From the NCBI GenBank assembly GCA_951406725.2, contig OX597828.1, positions 69,378,001 through 69,442,000 on the forward strand: a stretch of DNA of 64,000 bases. The letters are read 5' to 3'. The translations under genes were made by a program, and so were the position numbers. This document shows, one piece after another, positions 13,610 to 28,123 of this stretch. How positions within the stretch are numbered: the stretch's first letter is position 1; every line of letters begins with the position of its first letter. Source of the stretch: Octopus vulgaris. Lineage: Eukaryota. The notes below the pieces were generated by a model that was not told the DNA's origin, did no database searches, and worked only from the letters and a program-made list of their open reading frames with translations.

Positions 13610-15130
13610 TATGTATGTATGTATGTATGTATGTATGTATGATTGTATGTATGTATGTATGTATGTATGTATGTATGTATGTATGTATGTATGTATGTAT
13701 GTATGTATGTATGTATGTATGTATGTATGTATGTATGTATGTATGTATGTATGTATGTATGTATGTATGTATGCATTATGTATGTATGTTTGTATGTGTG
13801 TATGTATGTATGTATGTATGTATGTATGTATGTATGTATGTATGTATGTATGTATGTATGTATGTATGTATGTATGTATGCATGCGTGTATGTATGTATG
13901 TATGTATGTATGTATGTATGTATGTATGTATGTACGTATGTATGTGTGTATGTATGTATGTATGTATGTTTGTATGTATGTATGTTTGTATGTATGTATG
14001 TATGTGTGTATGTATATATGCATGTATGTATGTATGCATGTATGTATGTATGCATGTATGTATATATGCATGTATGTATGTTTGTATGTGTGTATGTATG
14101 TATGTATGTATGCATGCATGTATGTATGTATGTAAGCAAGTATGTATATATGTCATTGTTCGGTTTTATTTCAAGATTTCTTGCGAATAGAGAAAGAACC
14201 GGTTTCTAACCTAGATTCAAGCTTCCTTCATTGGAATTTCAATATTAACAACAGGGTATTTTTGTTTTATGTATATGTGTATGTATGTATGTATGTATGT
14301 ATGTATGTATGTATGTATGTATGTATGTATGTATGTATGTATGTTTGTATGTATGTATGTATGTATGCATGTATGTATGCATGTATGTATGTATGTATGT
14401 TTGTATGTATGTATGTATGTTTGTATGTATGTATGTATGTATGCATGTATGTATGGATGGATGTATGTATGTATTTATGTATGTATGTATTTATGTATGT
14501 ATTTATGTATGTATGTGTGTATGTATGTATGTATGTATGCATGTATGTATGTATGTATGTATGTATGTATGTATGTATGTATGTTTGTATGTATGTGTGT
14601 ATGTATGTATGTATGTATGCATGTATGTATGTATGTATGTATGTGTGTGTGTATGTATGTATGTATGTGTGTATGTATGTATGTATGTATGTATGTATGT
14701 ATGTATGTATGTATGTATGTATGTATGTATGTATGTATGTATGTATGTATGTATGTATGTATGTATGTATGTATGTATGTATGTATGTATGTATGTATGT
14801 ATGTATGTATGTATGTATGTATGTATGTATGTATGTATGTATGTATGTGTGTATGTATGTTTGTATGTATGTATGTACGTATTTATGTATGTATGTATGT
14901 ATGTATGTATGTATGTATGTATGTATGTATGTATGTATGTATGTATGTATGTATGTATGTATGTATGTATGTATGTATGTATGTATGTATGTATGTATGT
15001 ATGTATGTATGTATGTATGTGTGTATGTATGCATGTATGTATGTTTGTATGTATGTATGTATGTATGTATGTTTGTATGTATGTATGTTTGTATGTATGT
15101 ATGTATGTATGTATGTATGTATGTATGTAT
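13610..15130. repeat. ~1.5 kb (TATG)n tetranucleotide array interrupted by a LINE 3'-UTR segment
   Basis: Directly visible, with a non-repetitive insert at ~14150-14268. Confidence 0.97.
14150..14268 (-). mobile_element. 3'-terminal segment of the (CATA)n-associated RLE LINE family
   Basis: The reverse complement matches 41040-41150 and 61450-61565 (TTGAAATTCCAATGA...TCTAGGTTAGAAACCGG...CAAGAAATCTTGAAATAAAA). Confidence 0.9.
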
Positions 15131-15139
15131 GAGATGAGA

Positions 15140-15830
<691 letters not shown>

Positions 15831-16235
15831 TAGCAATTGGAAGCAACTTTGGGCCGCAAATATACTCCACAATGAATGTATGACTCATGTGCATGATGAT
15901 TCCGTGAGCAAAGGCCTCTTCAGTCGCTGCGCAAGGAGAGACAATTACTCGTTAACCAGATATTATGTAGGAACCATTCACATCATTAATGATATACATA
16001 TCGACCCAGAACTGACAAAGAAACAAAGCTGTCACTTGATATTTCACCGAGAAATAATAACTCGTATTAGTCTGCTCTACGAGGAGAATATAACAGAGAA
16101 ACTATTATATTCGCTGATTTCTCGGTCGACAAGTTGAAAACTTGTCCACCGAGCATATAAGATTAAAACTCTGCATCCGGTACTCAGAACTCTTCCTTCC
16201 GTTCGTTGTAACTAACGAGCGCGCGCACACACATA

Positions 16236-16293
<58 letters not shown>

Positions 16294-17290
16294 CTGCTTA
16301 CACACACCATTTTTGCCGGCGTATAAGACACGCTTTTATATAGTTGTACCAAACTATTTCCTTGCGTCTAATGAGGCCGTATGGCGAATGGGAAAGCGAG
16401 TATTGTAGATAAGGGAGCAGGATAGTAAGGCACAGTAATTGTTATTATTAATGAAATATGAAGAACAAGTCATAATATTACAGTCGCTTAGTACAAACTT
16501 AATGAAAAATTGCTTACAATGCATGGGCAGTTATGTGGAGAATTCGCAACATTTTGTTAGTATATATAACCTACTTCTAGTATGTGTCTTAAATTATTTA
16601 ATAACTGTGTTATCTTTAAGAAGCGTTTTAAAATTATCTAAATGAAAATTCTGGGAAAATGAAAGAAGTATTAAACTTTAATCTGTCAGCTTTTTGCAAT
16701 AGGTGGATGACAACGAAAACATAGCAGTCGCGCACCACACTGTTGGTTGATCGCGCTTACATAAAACATCAAGGCCAGAAATATTGGTCTTACACCCTGT
16801 ATGACAATTCTCTTAACAAAAAAATATAAACAAATATAATGTTGGTCTGAAAGAAGATATAATTGTCATACAGTGCTCGTATAACGTAGTTTATAGACCT
16901 TAAACTTATGGCTTCTTACTTTATTCCAGCATTGTATTTACATGCACAGAGTCATATAATTCCTGCACAAAACTGTTTTGAAATATTTTTCAATAAGTAC
17001 ATGATGAAACAGTAAATTCGTTTTCCTTTCCTCAGAATATACCCATAAATTAAGAGTGAATCATGCAGAAGTGTGTTATATACTCCATGTATGATATAAA
17101 TATATTTTTAGCGCTGTGGGTACCACCGGATTGAATGGCGCTGTTGAGGTGTCGAGACCATAGTGATGTCCGTTTAGGCACATATGCTGTGCTCAACTTT
17201 TAATTTCTTATATTTTAGTTTCGTTATCCCGATTGGTTTCCTTCATTCTTGTGAAGTGGTGTTTATGGAGTCATACACAGTTTGTGGGTG

Positions 17291-17668
17291 GAGGCGCAAT
17301 GGCCCAGTGGTTAGGGCAGCGGACTCGCGGTCATAGGATCGCGGTTTCGATTCCCAGACCGGGCGTTGTGAGTGTTTATTGAGCGAAAACACCTAAAAGC
17401 TCCACGAGGCTCCGGCAGGGGATGGTGGTGATCCCTGCTGTACTCTTTCACCACAACTTTCTCTCACTCTTACTTCCTGTTTCTGTTGTACCTGTATTTC
17501 AAGGGGCCGGCCTTGTCACTCTCTGTGTCACGCTGAATATCCCCGAGAACTACGTTAAGGGTGCACGTGTCTGTGGAGTGCTCAGCCACTTATACGTTAA
17601 TTTCACGAGCAGGCTGTTCCTTTGATTCGGATCAACCGAAACCCTCATCGTCGTAACCGACGGAGTGC
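17291..17668 (+). mobile_element. tRNA-derived SINE family C
   Basis: Head GGAGGCGCAATGGCCCAGTGGTTAGGGC...GGTTTCGATTCCC. Its 3' half is shared with 52665-52970 and 57948-58200. Confidence 0.88.
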
Positions 17669-17801
17669 TTCCACACAGTTTGTGGAGATCGCTTACTTTG
17701 ATGCTGTTTGGTTTTTCTCCATAGGTAATCTAAGTGGGTTTGGAAAAGTCTTAGATATTGGTTTTGGGATATTCTGTGGCACGCACACATACACACACAC
17801 G

Positions 17802-17864
<63 letters not shown>

Positions 17865-18194
17865 ACACATACACACAAAACAATTAACAACAACAGACAA
17901 GAGGACGCGCACACGGAATGTATTAGTTTGACGCTCAGTAGAAGGACAGGGTTTTTGACGTTTCGAGCATAGTTCCAAAGCAGTAAAAGAAATCTCCAAC
18001 AGCACATGAGTAGTTAAGAGACCTTTTCCTGGAATCATAAATATCATAGGCTATATTTTCTTCTATGTCTCTTGAATTACGTCTGCTCTTTCTACATTGT
18101 CTGCAATTTTCAAAAACTGAAAGTGCTGATGCCGATTCTCTCTTGTTAAGTTTTTAGAATTTTGACACAAGCAATAGAACTGGAAACAGACAGA

Positions 18195-18250
18195 GGAAAA
18201 AACATCTTGTGGTATAATCCACCATCCGACCTAACCGTTGCAACATTGTT
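18195..18250 (+). pseudogene. Short Penelope-like linker fragment
   Basis: RGKNILWYNPPSDLTVAT resembles the R.RNIIWFNPP.S..V.T motif between RT and GIY-YIG in some PLEs. Confidence 0.5.
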
Positions 18251-18419
18251 AAGGTCAAGGTACACACACACACATATATTTATGTGTGCGTGTATATATA
18301 TGTCATTATTTGTATGTGTATATCTTATATACTCATTACAAGACGTGTCTGTCCGTGTGTCTCTATATATTTGGAAGCGCGAATTTTGGTGCATAATTTT
18401 TTATATTATTCTTTTATTC

Positions 18420-18576
18420 TTTTGTTTGTTTCAGTCATTTGACTGTGGCCTTTTAGTCGAACAAGTCGACCCCAGGACTTATTCGCTTTTGCCGAACCGC
18501 TAAGTTACGGGGGCGTAAATACACCAACATCGGTTCTCAAGCGATGGTGGAGGGACAATCACAGACACAGAAACAT

Positions 18577-18623
<47 letters not shown>

Positions 18624-18787
18624 CGACAGGCTTCTTTCAGTTTCCGTCTACCAAATCCGCTGGCAAGGCTTTGGTCGGCCCAAAGCTATAGTAGAAGTCA
18701 CATGGCCAAGGTATCACGCAGTGGGACTGAACCCGGAACCATGTGGTTGGTAAGCAAGCTTCTTACCACACAGTCACTCCAGCGCCT
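18420..18787 (-). mobile_element. SINE family A
   Basis: Both family A halves, ending at CACTCCAGCGCC. Confidence 0.9.
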
Positions 18788-19619
18788 ATATATGTCAGCA
18801 TATCATATATACTCGTTACAAGACGTGTCTGTTCATGTACTTCTATATTTATGTATTTGTCTGCGCGAATTTTGGTGCATAACTTATTATATTGAAGCCA
18901 TTTTCTATTTATATATGACTTTCTATATACATACATTATATATATATATTTAAGTGTTTATGTAGTTGTATGTGTCTATGTATATATGTTCGTATATGCG
19001 TACGTGTGTAAGCATTTATGCATGTTTGCATATGGTGTTGCCTGTGAAAGAGTATGAATAAATATGCATCTATTATGTCTATACGTGTGTACCTGCATGC
19101 ATCTGTGTATACATGTACATCTGTGTCCGTCTGTGAGTGGATGCGTGTGTGTGTCTGTGTTTATGTAAGCACAACGACATTTCTTTTTCATCATTATTCA
19201 CCTCTTAGTTTTCATTTTTCTATTTTCATATCTTAAGCTTTTTCAATCCTCCGTTTCGTCATTTCTATTACATATTTTTAATAACAAGTCAAGTTTAAAG
19301 CCCCCGTTCGCCCTAACCTTAAACCTCTGCTTTTCTATTTACTTGCTAACTGAAAACTCTACGTATATACGTTCACAAGCATACGAAAATACTTTGTAAG
19401 CCTTCCTTCATTCCATTTCACTTAATGCTTATAATTTTCCATAAGCATTCCTAGTAATTAATCTTCTACTGCTATGTGTTCCAATTACGTAAGTGAAATT
19501 AATTATCTCAATCTGCTTTACATTCATATGTGTTATCCTTTTTGACTTTTCCGTTATGCTAACCTTTAAAAAATAAACCCACACTTTCTTTTCATTCCTT
19601 CAAAATTCACCCACGCCAT

Positions 19620-20417
19620 TAGATGCATCTTTTAGAAATGCTAGAAGGTTTAGTCACACACGGCTGTAGCTTTCGGCCAGGAAAATAAGTAGTGAGCTGG
19701 TATCCAAATTTCCTCGGGGTTTTCGATCCTAAGCCCTAACATCTTCCAGATGGCACAAAGGCAGTGATGGCGAGTCACTGCTCATTTTCTGCCTTTCAAC
19801 TCATTTTGTACGGCTTGTTCTGGAACTAACAAAATGCAGTTTCTGGTTTTGTTCCAACCTGCGAGCAACTGCTTTCGTAAGCCTTTCTCGCAAGACTGCA
19901 TCGGTAAACCTCTGGATCCAACTGGAAATAACCAATGCCTTTTCTTACATTCTTGCACCAGATCCTGGTATTTTTCCTTACATTCTTGCACCAGATCGTT
20001 TTCCTTACATTCTTGCACCAGATCCTGGTATTTTGACAGCTTTCTTCTGTGAAGCTCGTCACATCCACCTTTCCATGGGATCGTCTGTTCAACACTCGCC
20101 TCACCAGACCATACGGCTATGTCAAACCTCACAAATATTTAACCTGTATAAGGTGAAGCTTCTTTCCTTGGCCCAGCCTCATCTTCTATAGTACTGTTAC
20201 TTACAGGAGGCTCTTCTTTGTCTTTTTCAGGAAAGATTAACTTATTCTCATCACTGATGAACTGAACAACAGAGTTTGGAATCGCATGAGTCTGGCATTT
20301 CTTCCGTCTCTCTTGCCCCAAGACGTTAACCAGTACTCATGGTACCATATATACTTACCATTGCTAAGAGTTTCCTTACAGCACATCACTATGTGCACCA
20401 CCGTCTCTCTTTCTCTC

Positions 20418-20458
<41 letters not shown>

Positions 20459-20850
20459 TCACACACTCGGCACCGTGGGCCTTCTTTTCACCATCTGTGC
20501 AAGTTCGTGGATTGTTAGGAGCTCCTCATAAACTATTTGGAGCAGAAGAGAGATGCAAGAGAGTTTCCGTCTCCGTGGTGCAGACCATAAGATCCTACGC
20601 TTCAACAGGTTTCTATTTTGTTCGGGTTTCTTGAGATCCAAGTTCCACAGCCAGAGACCTTTGTCTTTCATTCCTTCGATGTCTTCATATCTCTCTTCTG
20701 CCTCGAGTTTGCTGCCAACACCTCCCGCCCACCCATTGATAGAAGTTGATGTTTCAAGTCCGTCTCCGTGGATTTCCGATGATATCTTTCATGCTCAGAT
20801 ATTGGTTTCTACCTTTGCTGCTTCTTGTCCTGACTCACTTCCATAAATCA
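19620..20850 (-). mobile_element. Decayed HERO/NeSL-like RLE non-LTR retrotransposon 3' region
   Basis: Translation RFDIAVWS...TIPW...HRRKLSKYQDLVQECK...FPV.SRG, with upstream ILW...SLLLQIVYE and HIVMCCKETLSNGKYIWYH. Confidence 0.75.
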
Positions 20851-20957
20851 AATTATACGACTAACTATGATTATTGCCCCGCAATCATTCCGTTCCCTTA
20901 GCATCAACTATCGGACTCTTATAACTTGAATGCTTAAACTTCTTAATTCTCTACACG

Positions 20958-21054
<97 letters not shown>

Positions 21055-21214
21055 AAGTCTTCAGTGTGAGTTTGTGGTTTGTGGGGTCGACCGTGTCCTC
21101 CGCTTCATTTTTTGTTAATCACTCATTATCATTTAATTGTATATATTTTAATTGTTTGTTTATTCATAGGTTTCGTCTCATTCGATACCCTGACCCCGAC
21201 GTTTGTTTTGTCCC

Positions 21215-21254
<40 letters not shown>

Positions 21255-21396
21255 GTACACACACACACGCACACACATATTATCCGAAGTGTACAATATT
21301 ATATATCCACTAAGGCCGACCGTACCAATCGGTTTTGCGCTAGAGATTCAATGGAGTGTTAGGTAACAATCCGATATATAACTCTACGATATATAA

Positions 21397-23738
21397 CCTG
21401 TTTGTTTCCTTATTACTTACCTGTTTGTTACCTTATGACTTACCTTATGACTTACCTGTTTGTTACCTTATGACTTACCTGTTTGTTATCTTATGACTTA
21501 CCTGTTTGTTACCTTATGACTTACCTGTTTGTTACCTTATGACTTACCTGTTTGTTACCTTATGACTTACGTGTTTGTTATCTTATGACTTACCTGTTTG
21601 TTACCTTATGACTTACCTGTTTGTTACCTTATGACTTACCTGTTTGTTACCTTATGACTTACCTGTTTGTTACTTTATGACTTACCTGTTTGTTACCTTA
21701 TGACTTACGTGTTTGTTATCTTATGACTTACCTGTTTGTAACCTTATGACTTACCTGTTTGTTACCTTATGACTTACCTGTTTGTAACCTTATGACTTAC
21801 CTGTTTGTTACCTTATGACTTACCTGTTTGTTACCTTATGACTTACCTGTTTGTTATCTTATGACTTACCTGTTTGTTACCTTATGACTTACCTGTTTGT
21901 TACCTTATGACTTACCTGTTTGTTTCCTTATGACTTACCTGTTTGTTACCTTATGACTTAACTGTTTGTTTCCTTATGACTTACCTGTTTGTTTCCTTAT
22001 GACTTACCTGTTTGTTTCCTTATGACTTAACCTGTTTGTTTCCTTATGACTTAACTGTTTGTTTCCTTATGACTTACCTGTTTGTTTCCTTATGACTTAC
22101 CTGTTTGTTTCCTTATGACTTAACTGTTTGTTTCCTTATGACTTACCTGTTTGTTTCCTTATGACTTACCTGTTCGTTACCTTATGACTTACCTGTTTGT
22201 TACCTATGACTTACCTGTTTGTTACCTTATGACTTACCTGTTTGTTACCTTATGACTTACCTGTTTGTTACCTTATGACTTACCTGTTCGTTACCTTATG
22301 ACTTACCTGTTTGTTACCTTATGACTTACCTGTTTGTTACCTTATGACTTACCTGTTCGTTACCTTATGACTTACCTGTTTGTTTCCTTATGACTTACCT
22401 GTTTGTTACCTTATGACTTACCTGTTTGTTACCTTATGACTTACCTGTCTGTTACCTTATGATTTACCTGTTTGTTACCTTATGACTTACCTGTTTGTTT
22501 CCTTATGACTTACCTGTTTGTTACCTTATGACTTACCTGTTTGTTACCTTATGACTTACCTGTTTGTTACCTTATGACTTACCTGTTTGTTACCTTATGA
22601 CTTACCTGTTTGTTTCCTTATGACTTACCTGTTAGTTACCTTATGACTTACCTGTTTGTTTCCTTATGACTTACCTGTTTGTTACCTTATGACTTACCTG
22701 TTTGTTTCCTTATGACTTACCTGTTTGTTACCTTATGACTTACCTGTTTGTTACCTTATGACTTACCTGTTTGTTACCTTATGACTTACCTGTTTGTTAC
22801 CTTATGACTTACCTGTTTGTTACTTTATGACTTACCTGTTTGTTACCTTATGACTTACCTGTTTGTTATCTTATGACTTACCTGTTTGTTACCTTATGAC
22901 TTACCTGTTTGTTACCTTATGACTTACCTGTTTGTTACCTTATGACTTACGTGTTTGTTATCTTATGACTTACCTGTTTGTTACCTTATGACTTACCTGT
23001 TTGTTACCTTATGACTTACCTGTTTGTTTCCTTATGACTTAACTGTTTGTTTCCTTATGACTTACCTGTTTGTTTCCTTATGACTTACCTGTTTGTTTCC
23101 TTATGACTTAACTGTTTGTTTCCTTATGACTTAACTGTTTGTTTCCTTATGACTTACCTGTTTGTTTCCTTATGACTTAACTGTTTGTTTCCTTATGACT
23201 TACCTGTTTGTTTCCTTATGACTTACCTGTTTGTTTCCTTATGACTTAACTGTTTGTTTCCTTATGACTTAACTGTTTGTTTCCTTATGACTTACCTGTT
23301 TGTTTCCTTATGACTTACCTGTTTGTTTCCTTATGACTTAACTGTTTGTTTCCTTATGACTTACCTGTTTGTTACCTTATGACTTACCTGTTCGTTACCT
23401 TATGACTTACCTGTTTGTTACCTTATGACTTACCTGTTTGTTACCTTATGATTTACCTGTTTGTTACCTTATGACTTACCTGTTTGTTTCCTTATGACTT
23501 ACCTGTTTGTTACCTTATGACTAACCTGTTTGTTACCTTATGACTTACCTGTTTGTTTCCTTATGACTTACCTGTTTGTTACCTTATGACTTACCTGTTT
23601 GTTTCCTTATGACTTACCTGTTTGTTACCTTATGACTTACCTGTTTGTTACCTTATGACTTACCTGTTTGTTTCCTTATGACTTACCTGTTTGTTTCCTT
23701 ATGACTTACCTGTTTGTTACCTTATGACTTACCTGTTT
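21397..23738. repeat. 23-bp minisatellite, roughly 100 tandem copies
   Basis: Unit TTACCTGTTTGTTACCTTATGAC with GTTA/GTTT and TTACC/TTAAC variants and no unique spacers. Confidence 0.97.
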
Positions 23739-24387
23739 ATTTCGAACGATAGACTTCCTAGATTTATCAACATTTCCAGACTTCCTTAGTATAATCTATT
23801 GGATCGTGTTGTAGTTGCTCTTTTAGACACACCAATTCCAATGGAATAAACGCGATTCAAGACATTCCAATTCCCGTTTTTATCAAAGAACAAATAGGAT
23901 TGCGTTACGCAGTGAATATTTTTCTTTCTTAGGACAACATTGTTTCGATTCACTGTTTTCATTCAGCTACCATTATTCATTTGTCTCTTTGATGTAACCG
24001 AGCTAACATATGTGCCTGTGTTTCAGCGTGTGCCTACCTGCCTGCCTGCCTGCTTGTCTGTCTGTGTATGTACGTGCACGTACGTGTTTGTGTGTGTGCG
24101 TGTGTGTGTGTGTCTGTCTGTCTGTATGCGTGTATTTGTTCAGTTTAGCATTATCTCGTTCTTTCGCGCGCAATGCATAAATATATGTGTAACGGATTTA
24201 TTGATTATATGTTTGTCGTCATCAACAGACTTGAAAATGTCAAGAGATGAAAGGCTGACCTAGAATACTTAATATTCAATATTTAACCTAATATTCAATA
24301 TCCAGAACAATCTAAATAAAACTCATAGTTGCATAATAAATTCATTTCTAGACATAAACATAGATGTTCCTAAAAGAGTAAATTACA

Positions 24388-24530
24388 AGGCGGCGAGCAG
24401 GCAGAAACGTTAGCACGCCGTACGTTCTGAGTTCAAATTCCGCCGAGATCAACTTTGCCTTTCATCCTATCAGGGTCGATAAATTTGTCCACCTCCCCAA
24501 AATTTCGAGCCTTGTGCCTAGAGTAGAAAA
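24388..24530 (+). mobile_element. SINE family B, internally deleted
   Basis: GGCGGCGAGCAGGCAGAAACGTTAGC...GAGTTCAAATTCC...GCCTTTCATCCT. Confidence 0.85.
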
Positions 24531-25730
24531 AAAAAGAGTAAATTACATTCGTTCCTTTACACTAAAAAGACTCACATATCCCAGTGTTTGCATAAAAAAA
24601 CGGGGAATGCTCAGACATATTGAATATTTACTTCGAACGATACATTCTATAAAGAGATCTATATAAAACAGTTATTTAACACCAGCAGGTGTGTCTCTAT
24701 ACGCGTGCGCAATGTGAATTTGTGTCCTTATGTTTTCAAAGTAGAGACTGTAGATGTGTCAAGTCCAACAGGAGACGGTGTTTCCCAGGGCTAAATAACA
24801 GTAGCATTCTCCCCTTTTATGGGACTGTCACATTAAGTTGACAACATGCTATTTAGATTTAGTTTATCATTTAATTTTAAAACTTCAACAAACGTAGTAT
24901 TTTGAATTGTGTAGAAGAGTGACAATATCGAATTTCCGTCGATGGTGAAATTCTTTCCCCTTAGATAAAATAATTCAAAGCCATCAATAATCTCCTTAGT
25001 TTCTCTGTAACATCCAAATTTTTAAAACATTTAGTGAACTTGATAGCCCAAAACTTTCACACCATATCGGATTTCTAAACTTGCTTTCTAATTAGCGAAA
25101 ATATTAATAACATCTGCTGCCGGGGTTCCATTTTTCTCATGCTCCTCAGTAGTAAATATAAATATCTCCGTTACATTCTGCCGGAACACTATATAAATTC
25201 CCATGACTTGTGGTATCTCTATAGAATCTTTTGCAACTGAAAGTAGTTAAAATAATTTCTAAGACGCTCTACTTTAAGAAATAAGAACTTAATACTTTGC
25301 AAATGTGAAATTCTTTCAATATATGGCTGCAAAATATGAACAACCAGTCGGTGCATGGCGAAGATTACTTTTTCTTTTTTTTTTTAATTTCTGTCAACAA
25401 AGGTGCAGGCGTGGTAAGAAGCTTGCTTCCCAGCCACTTTGTACCGGGTTCAATCCTATTGCGTAGCACCTTGGCCAAGTGTCTTCAACTATAGTCTCGG
25501 GTCGACCAAAGCTTGTGTCAGTGGATTTGGTAGATGATGTTGATGTGTTTACGTCCCCGCAACTGAGCGGTTTGACAAAAGAGACCGATAGAATAAGTAC
25601 TAGGCTTAAAAAGAATAACCCCTTATTCGCAAAATCACCGAACCTGGAACTTAACTATGGTCTGTCTATAGCACTTATCCAGCATTATCTGACACCTTTT
25701 GGGTCTCAATGACACCATTACCTCTTATAA

Positions 25731-25789
<59 letters not shown>

Positions 25790-25790
<1 letters not shown>

Positions 25791-25976
25791 CAATCATTCG
25801 CCATTTTGGACCGTTTTTTCATTCTCATTGTGTTTATCTTCTCTTTTGCTTCTCTGTTGAAGAGCGTAGGCTCGAAATGTAAAAGACTTTCTCACCTTCC
25901 CAAGCATCAAACTAATACACTTTCTTGTTGTTCATACACATGTCTTCGTCTTTTGTTTTTCTATAAATTTCAACTA
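25790..25976 (+). mobile_element. Short hammerhead-bearing element (GAGC-GTAG-GCTC family)
   Basis: CTGTTGA-A-GAGC GTAG GCTC-GAAAT-GTA-AAAGA at ~25850-25886. It shares a 3' tail with 28480-28672 and is flanked by TA/CA tracts. Confidence 0.75.
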
Positions 25977-25989
25977 TACACACACACAT

Positions 25990-26052
<63 letters not shown>

Positions 26053-26293
26053 TATATATATAGGCTTCTTTCAGTTTCCGTCCACCAAAATCCACTCATA
26101 TGGCTTTGGTCGGCCGAGACTGTCGTAGAAGAGAGTTACCCAAAGTGCTATGCAGTGGGACTGAACCCGGAACTATGTAGTTGGGAAGCAAAATTCTCAC
26201 CACACAGCCACGCCTGCGCCAACGTACAGCACAGTCACAGCCTTTAGGGCTAAAGCATGTAATAGAATAAAGGAATATATATATATACTTACA

Positions 26294-26374
<81 letters not shown>

Positions 26375-26376
<2 letters not shown>

Positions 26377-26595
26377 TTTTACTCTTTTACTTGTTTCAGT
26401 CATTTGACTGCGGCCATGCTGGATCACCGCCTTTAGTCGAGCAAATCGACCCCGGGACTTATTCTTTGTAAGTCCAGGACTTATTCTATCGGTCTCTTTT
26501 GCCGAACCGCTAAGTGACGGGGACGTAAACACACCAGCATCGGTTGTCAAGCAATGCTAGGGGGACAAACACAGACACACAAAACACACACACAT

Positions 26596-26662
<67 letters not shown>

Positions 26663-26828
26663 TACATATATACGACAGGCTTCTTTCAGTTTCCTTCTAC
26701 CAAATCCACTCACAAGGCATTGGTCGGCCCGGGGCTATAGCAGAAGACACTTGCCCGAGATGCCACGCAATGGGACTGAACCCGGAACCATGTGGCTGGT
26801 TAGCAAACTACTTACCGCACAGCCACAG
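26375..26828 (-). mobile_element. SINE family A
   Basis: Near full-length copy with internal (CA)(TA)n. Confidence 0.93.
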
Positions 26829-26830
26829 CA

Positions 26831-26871
<41 letters not shown>

Positions 26872-26873
<2 letters not shown>

Positions 26874-27258
26874 CGTAGTTTTATTTTTATAGCGTGCTTT
26901 CACTTCACTACCGAGCGCAGCTCTGTGTGCCTTGGGTATGTGCTGTGATTTGTTGTGATGCTCTGATGGTTATTGTATGGAAAGTGTTCTGCGTAGGATG
27001 TGTGCAGTGCCTAGTAGTGCAATTTTCTGTATGTTATATGTGTTTGTAAGTCCTGGTGTTTTTGTTATGTATTTGTCTGAATATTTTTTATCATGCCTAA
27101 TGCACCTATTATGATAGGAATTGCTTCTGTTTTTAGATTCCACATTCTGGTTACCTCCATTTCCAGGTCTTTGTATTTTGAGAGTTTCTCTATTTCTTTT
27201 AGAGACACGTTGTCATCTGCCGGTATTGATACATCAATTAGAAAGCATTTTTTTTCTT
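26872..27258 (-). mobile_element. 5'-truncated copy of the R4/Dong-like LINE, flanked on both sides by (TAA)n
   Basis: Reverse complement matches ~5860-6250 (IDVSIP, IIGALG, 3' UTR). (TTA)n lies at ~26832-26871 and ~27259-27294. Confidence 0.92.
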
Positions 27259-27259
27259 C

Positions 27260-27297
<38 letters not shown>

Positions 27298-27593
27298 GGA
27301 GAGGGTGTGTGAATGTGAACAGCCGTCACTCGTAAGGGTGGTACATACTTTGAAATGTATATTGTACTTCCACTGATTGTTTGTGGTTGGTACCTGTATA
27401 GTGCAGAACACAGCCTCACCAGCCCACCACCGACCCCGATCGAACATCCTGAATGTAACAGCTAGCGGTGAGAAAGGTGGTTGCACGTGTCACGTTTGAG
27501 GCATCGATGAAACTGCAAGGTGTTACCCTTCCCAAATATGAGTGCGCCAAGTTCAAAAGATTATCGCATATTCGTTTGTCATCCCCTTTCTTT

Positions 27594-27644
<51 letters not shown>

Positions 27645-28007
27645 CAAGGATACCTTACAATATCCTGTTACAGTTCAAATCGCGCTGAAGCTCAACTTTG
27701 CCTTTTATCGCTCCACAGTCGATAAAACTGAAACACCAATCTATTACTGGGTTCAATTCAATCGATCAGCTATTTCCTCAAAATGTGTGCAATTTCAGCT
27801 TATGTGATACACGACTATAAACACATGTCAGCGACCCGTTTGTCTACTTCAGCTGCCAGCCAGAATGGATTAGGGTCAACAGCTGTCTCCTGGTATACTA
27901 ACATGTCACACACCCATCAAGATTGAAAACAAGCAAATTTTCTCTCTCTCGCTCTCTCTCTCTTTATCTCTCTTTCCCGACATTTATGTACATACATACA
28001 TATATAT

Positions 28008-28038
<31 letters not shown>

Positions 28039-28049
28039 CATATATATAC

Positions 28050-28123
<74 letters not shown>

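Noticed and set aside
21397-23738. CRISPR-like array
   Set aside because: The units are directly adjacent with no unique spacers, and the context is eukaryotic with no cas genes.
24780-25330. Possible decayed transposase on the minus strand
   Set aside because: I could not identify a continuous motif or terminal repeats.
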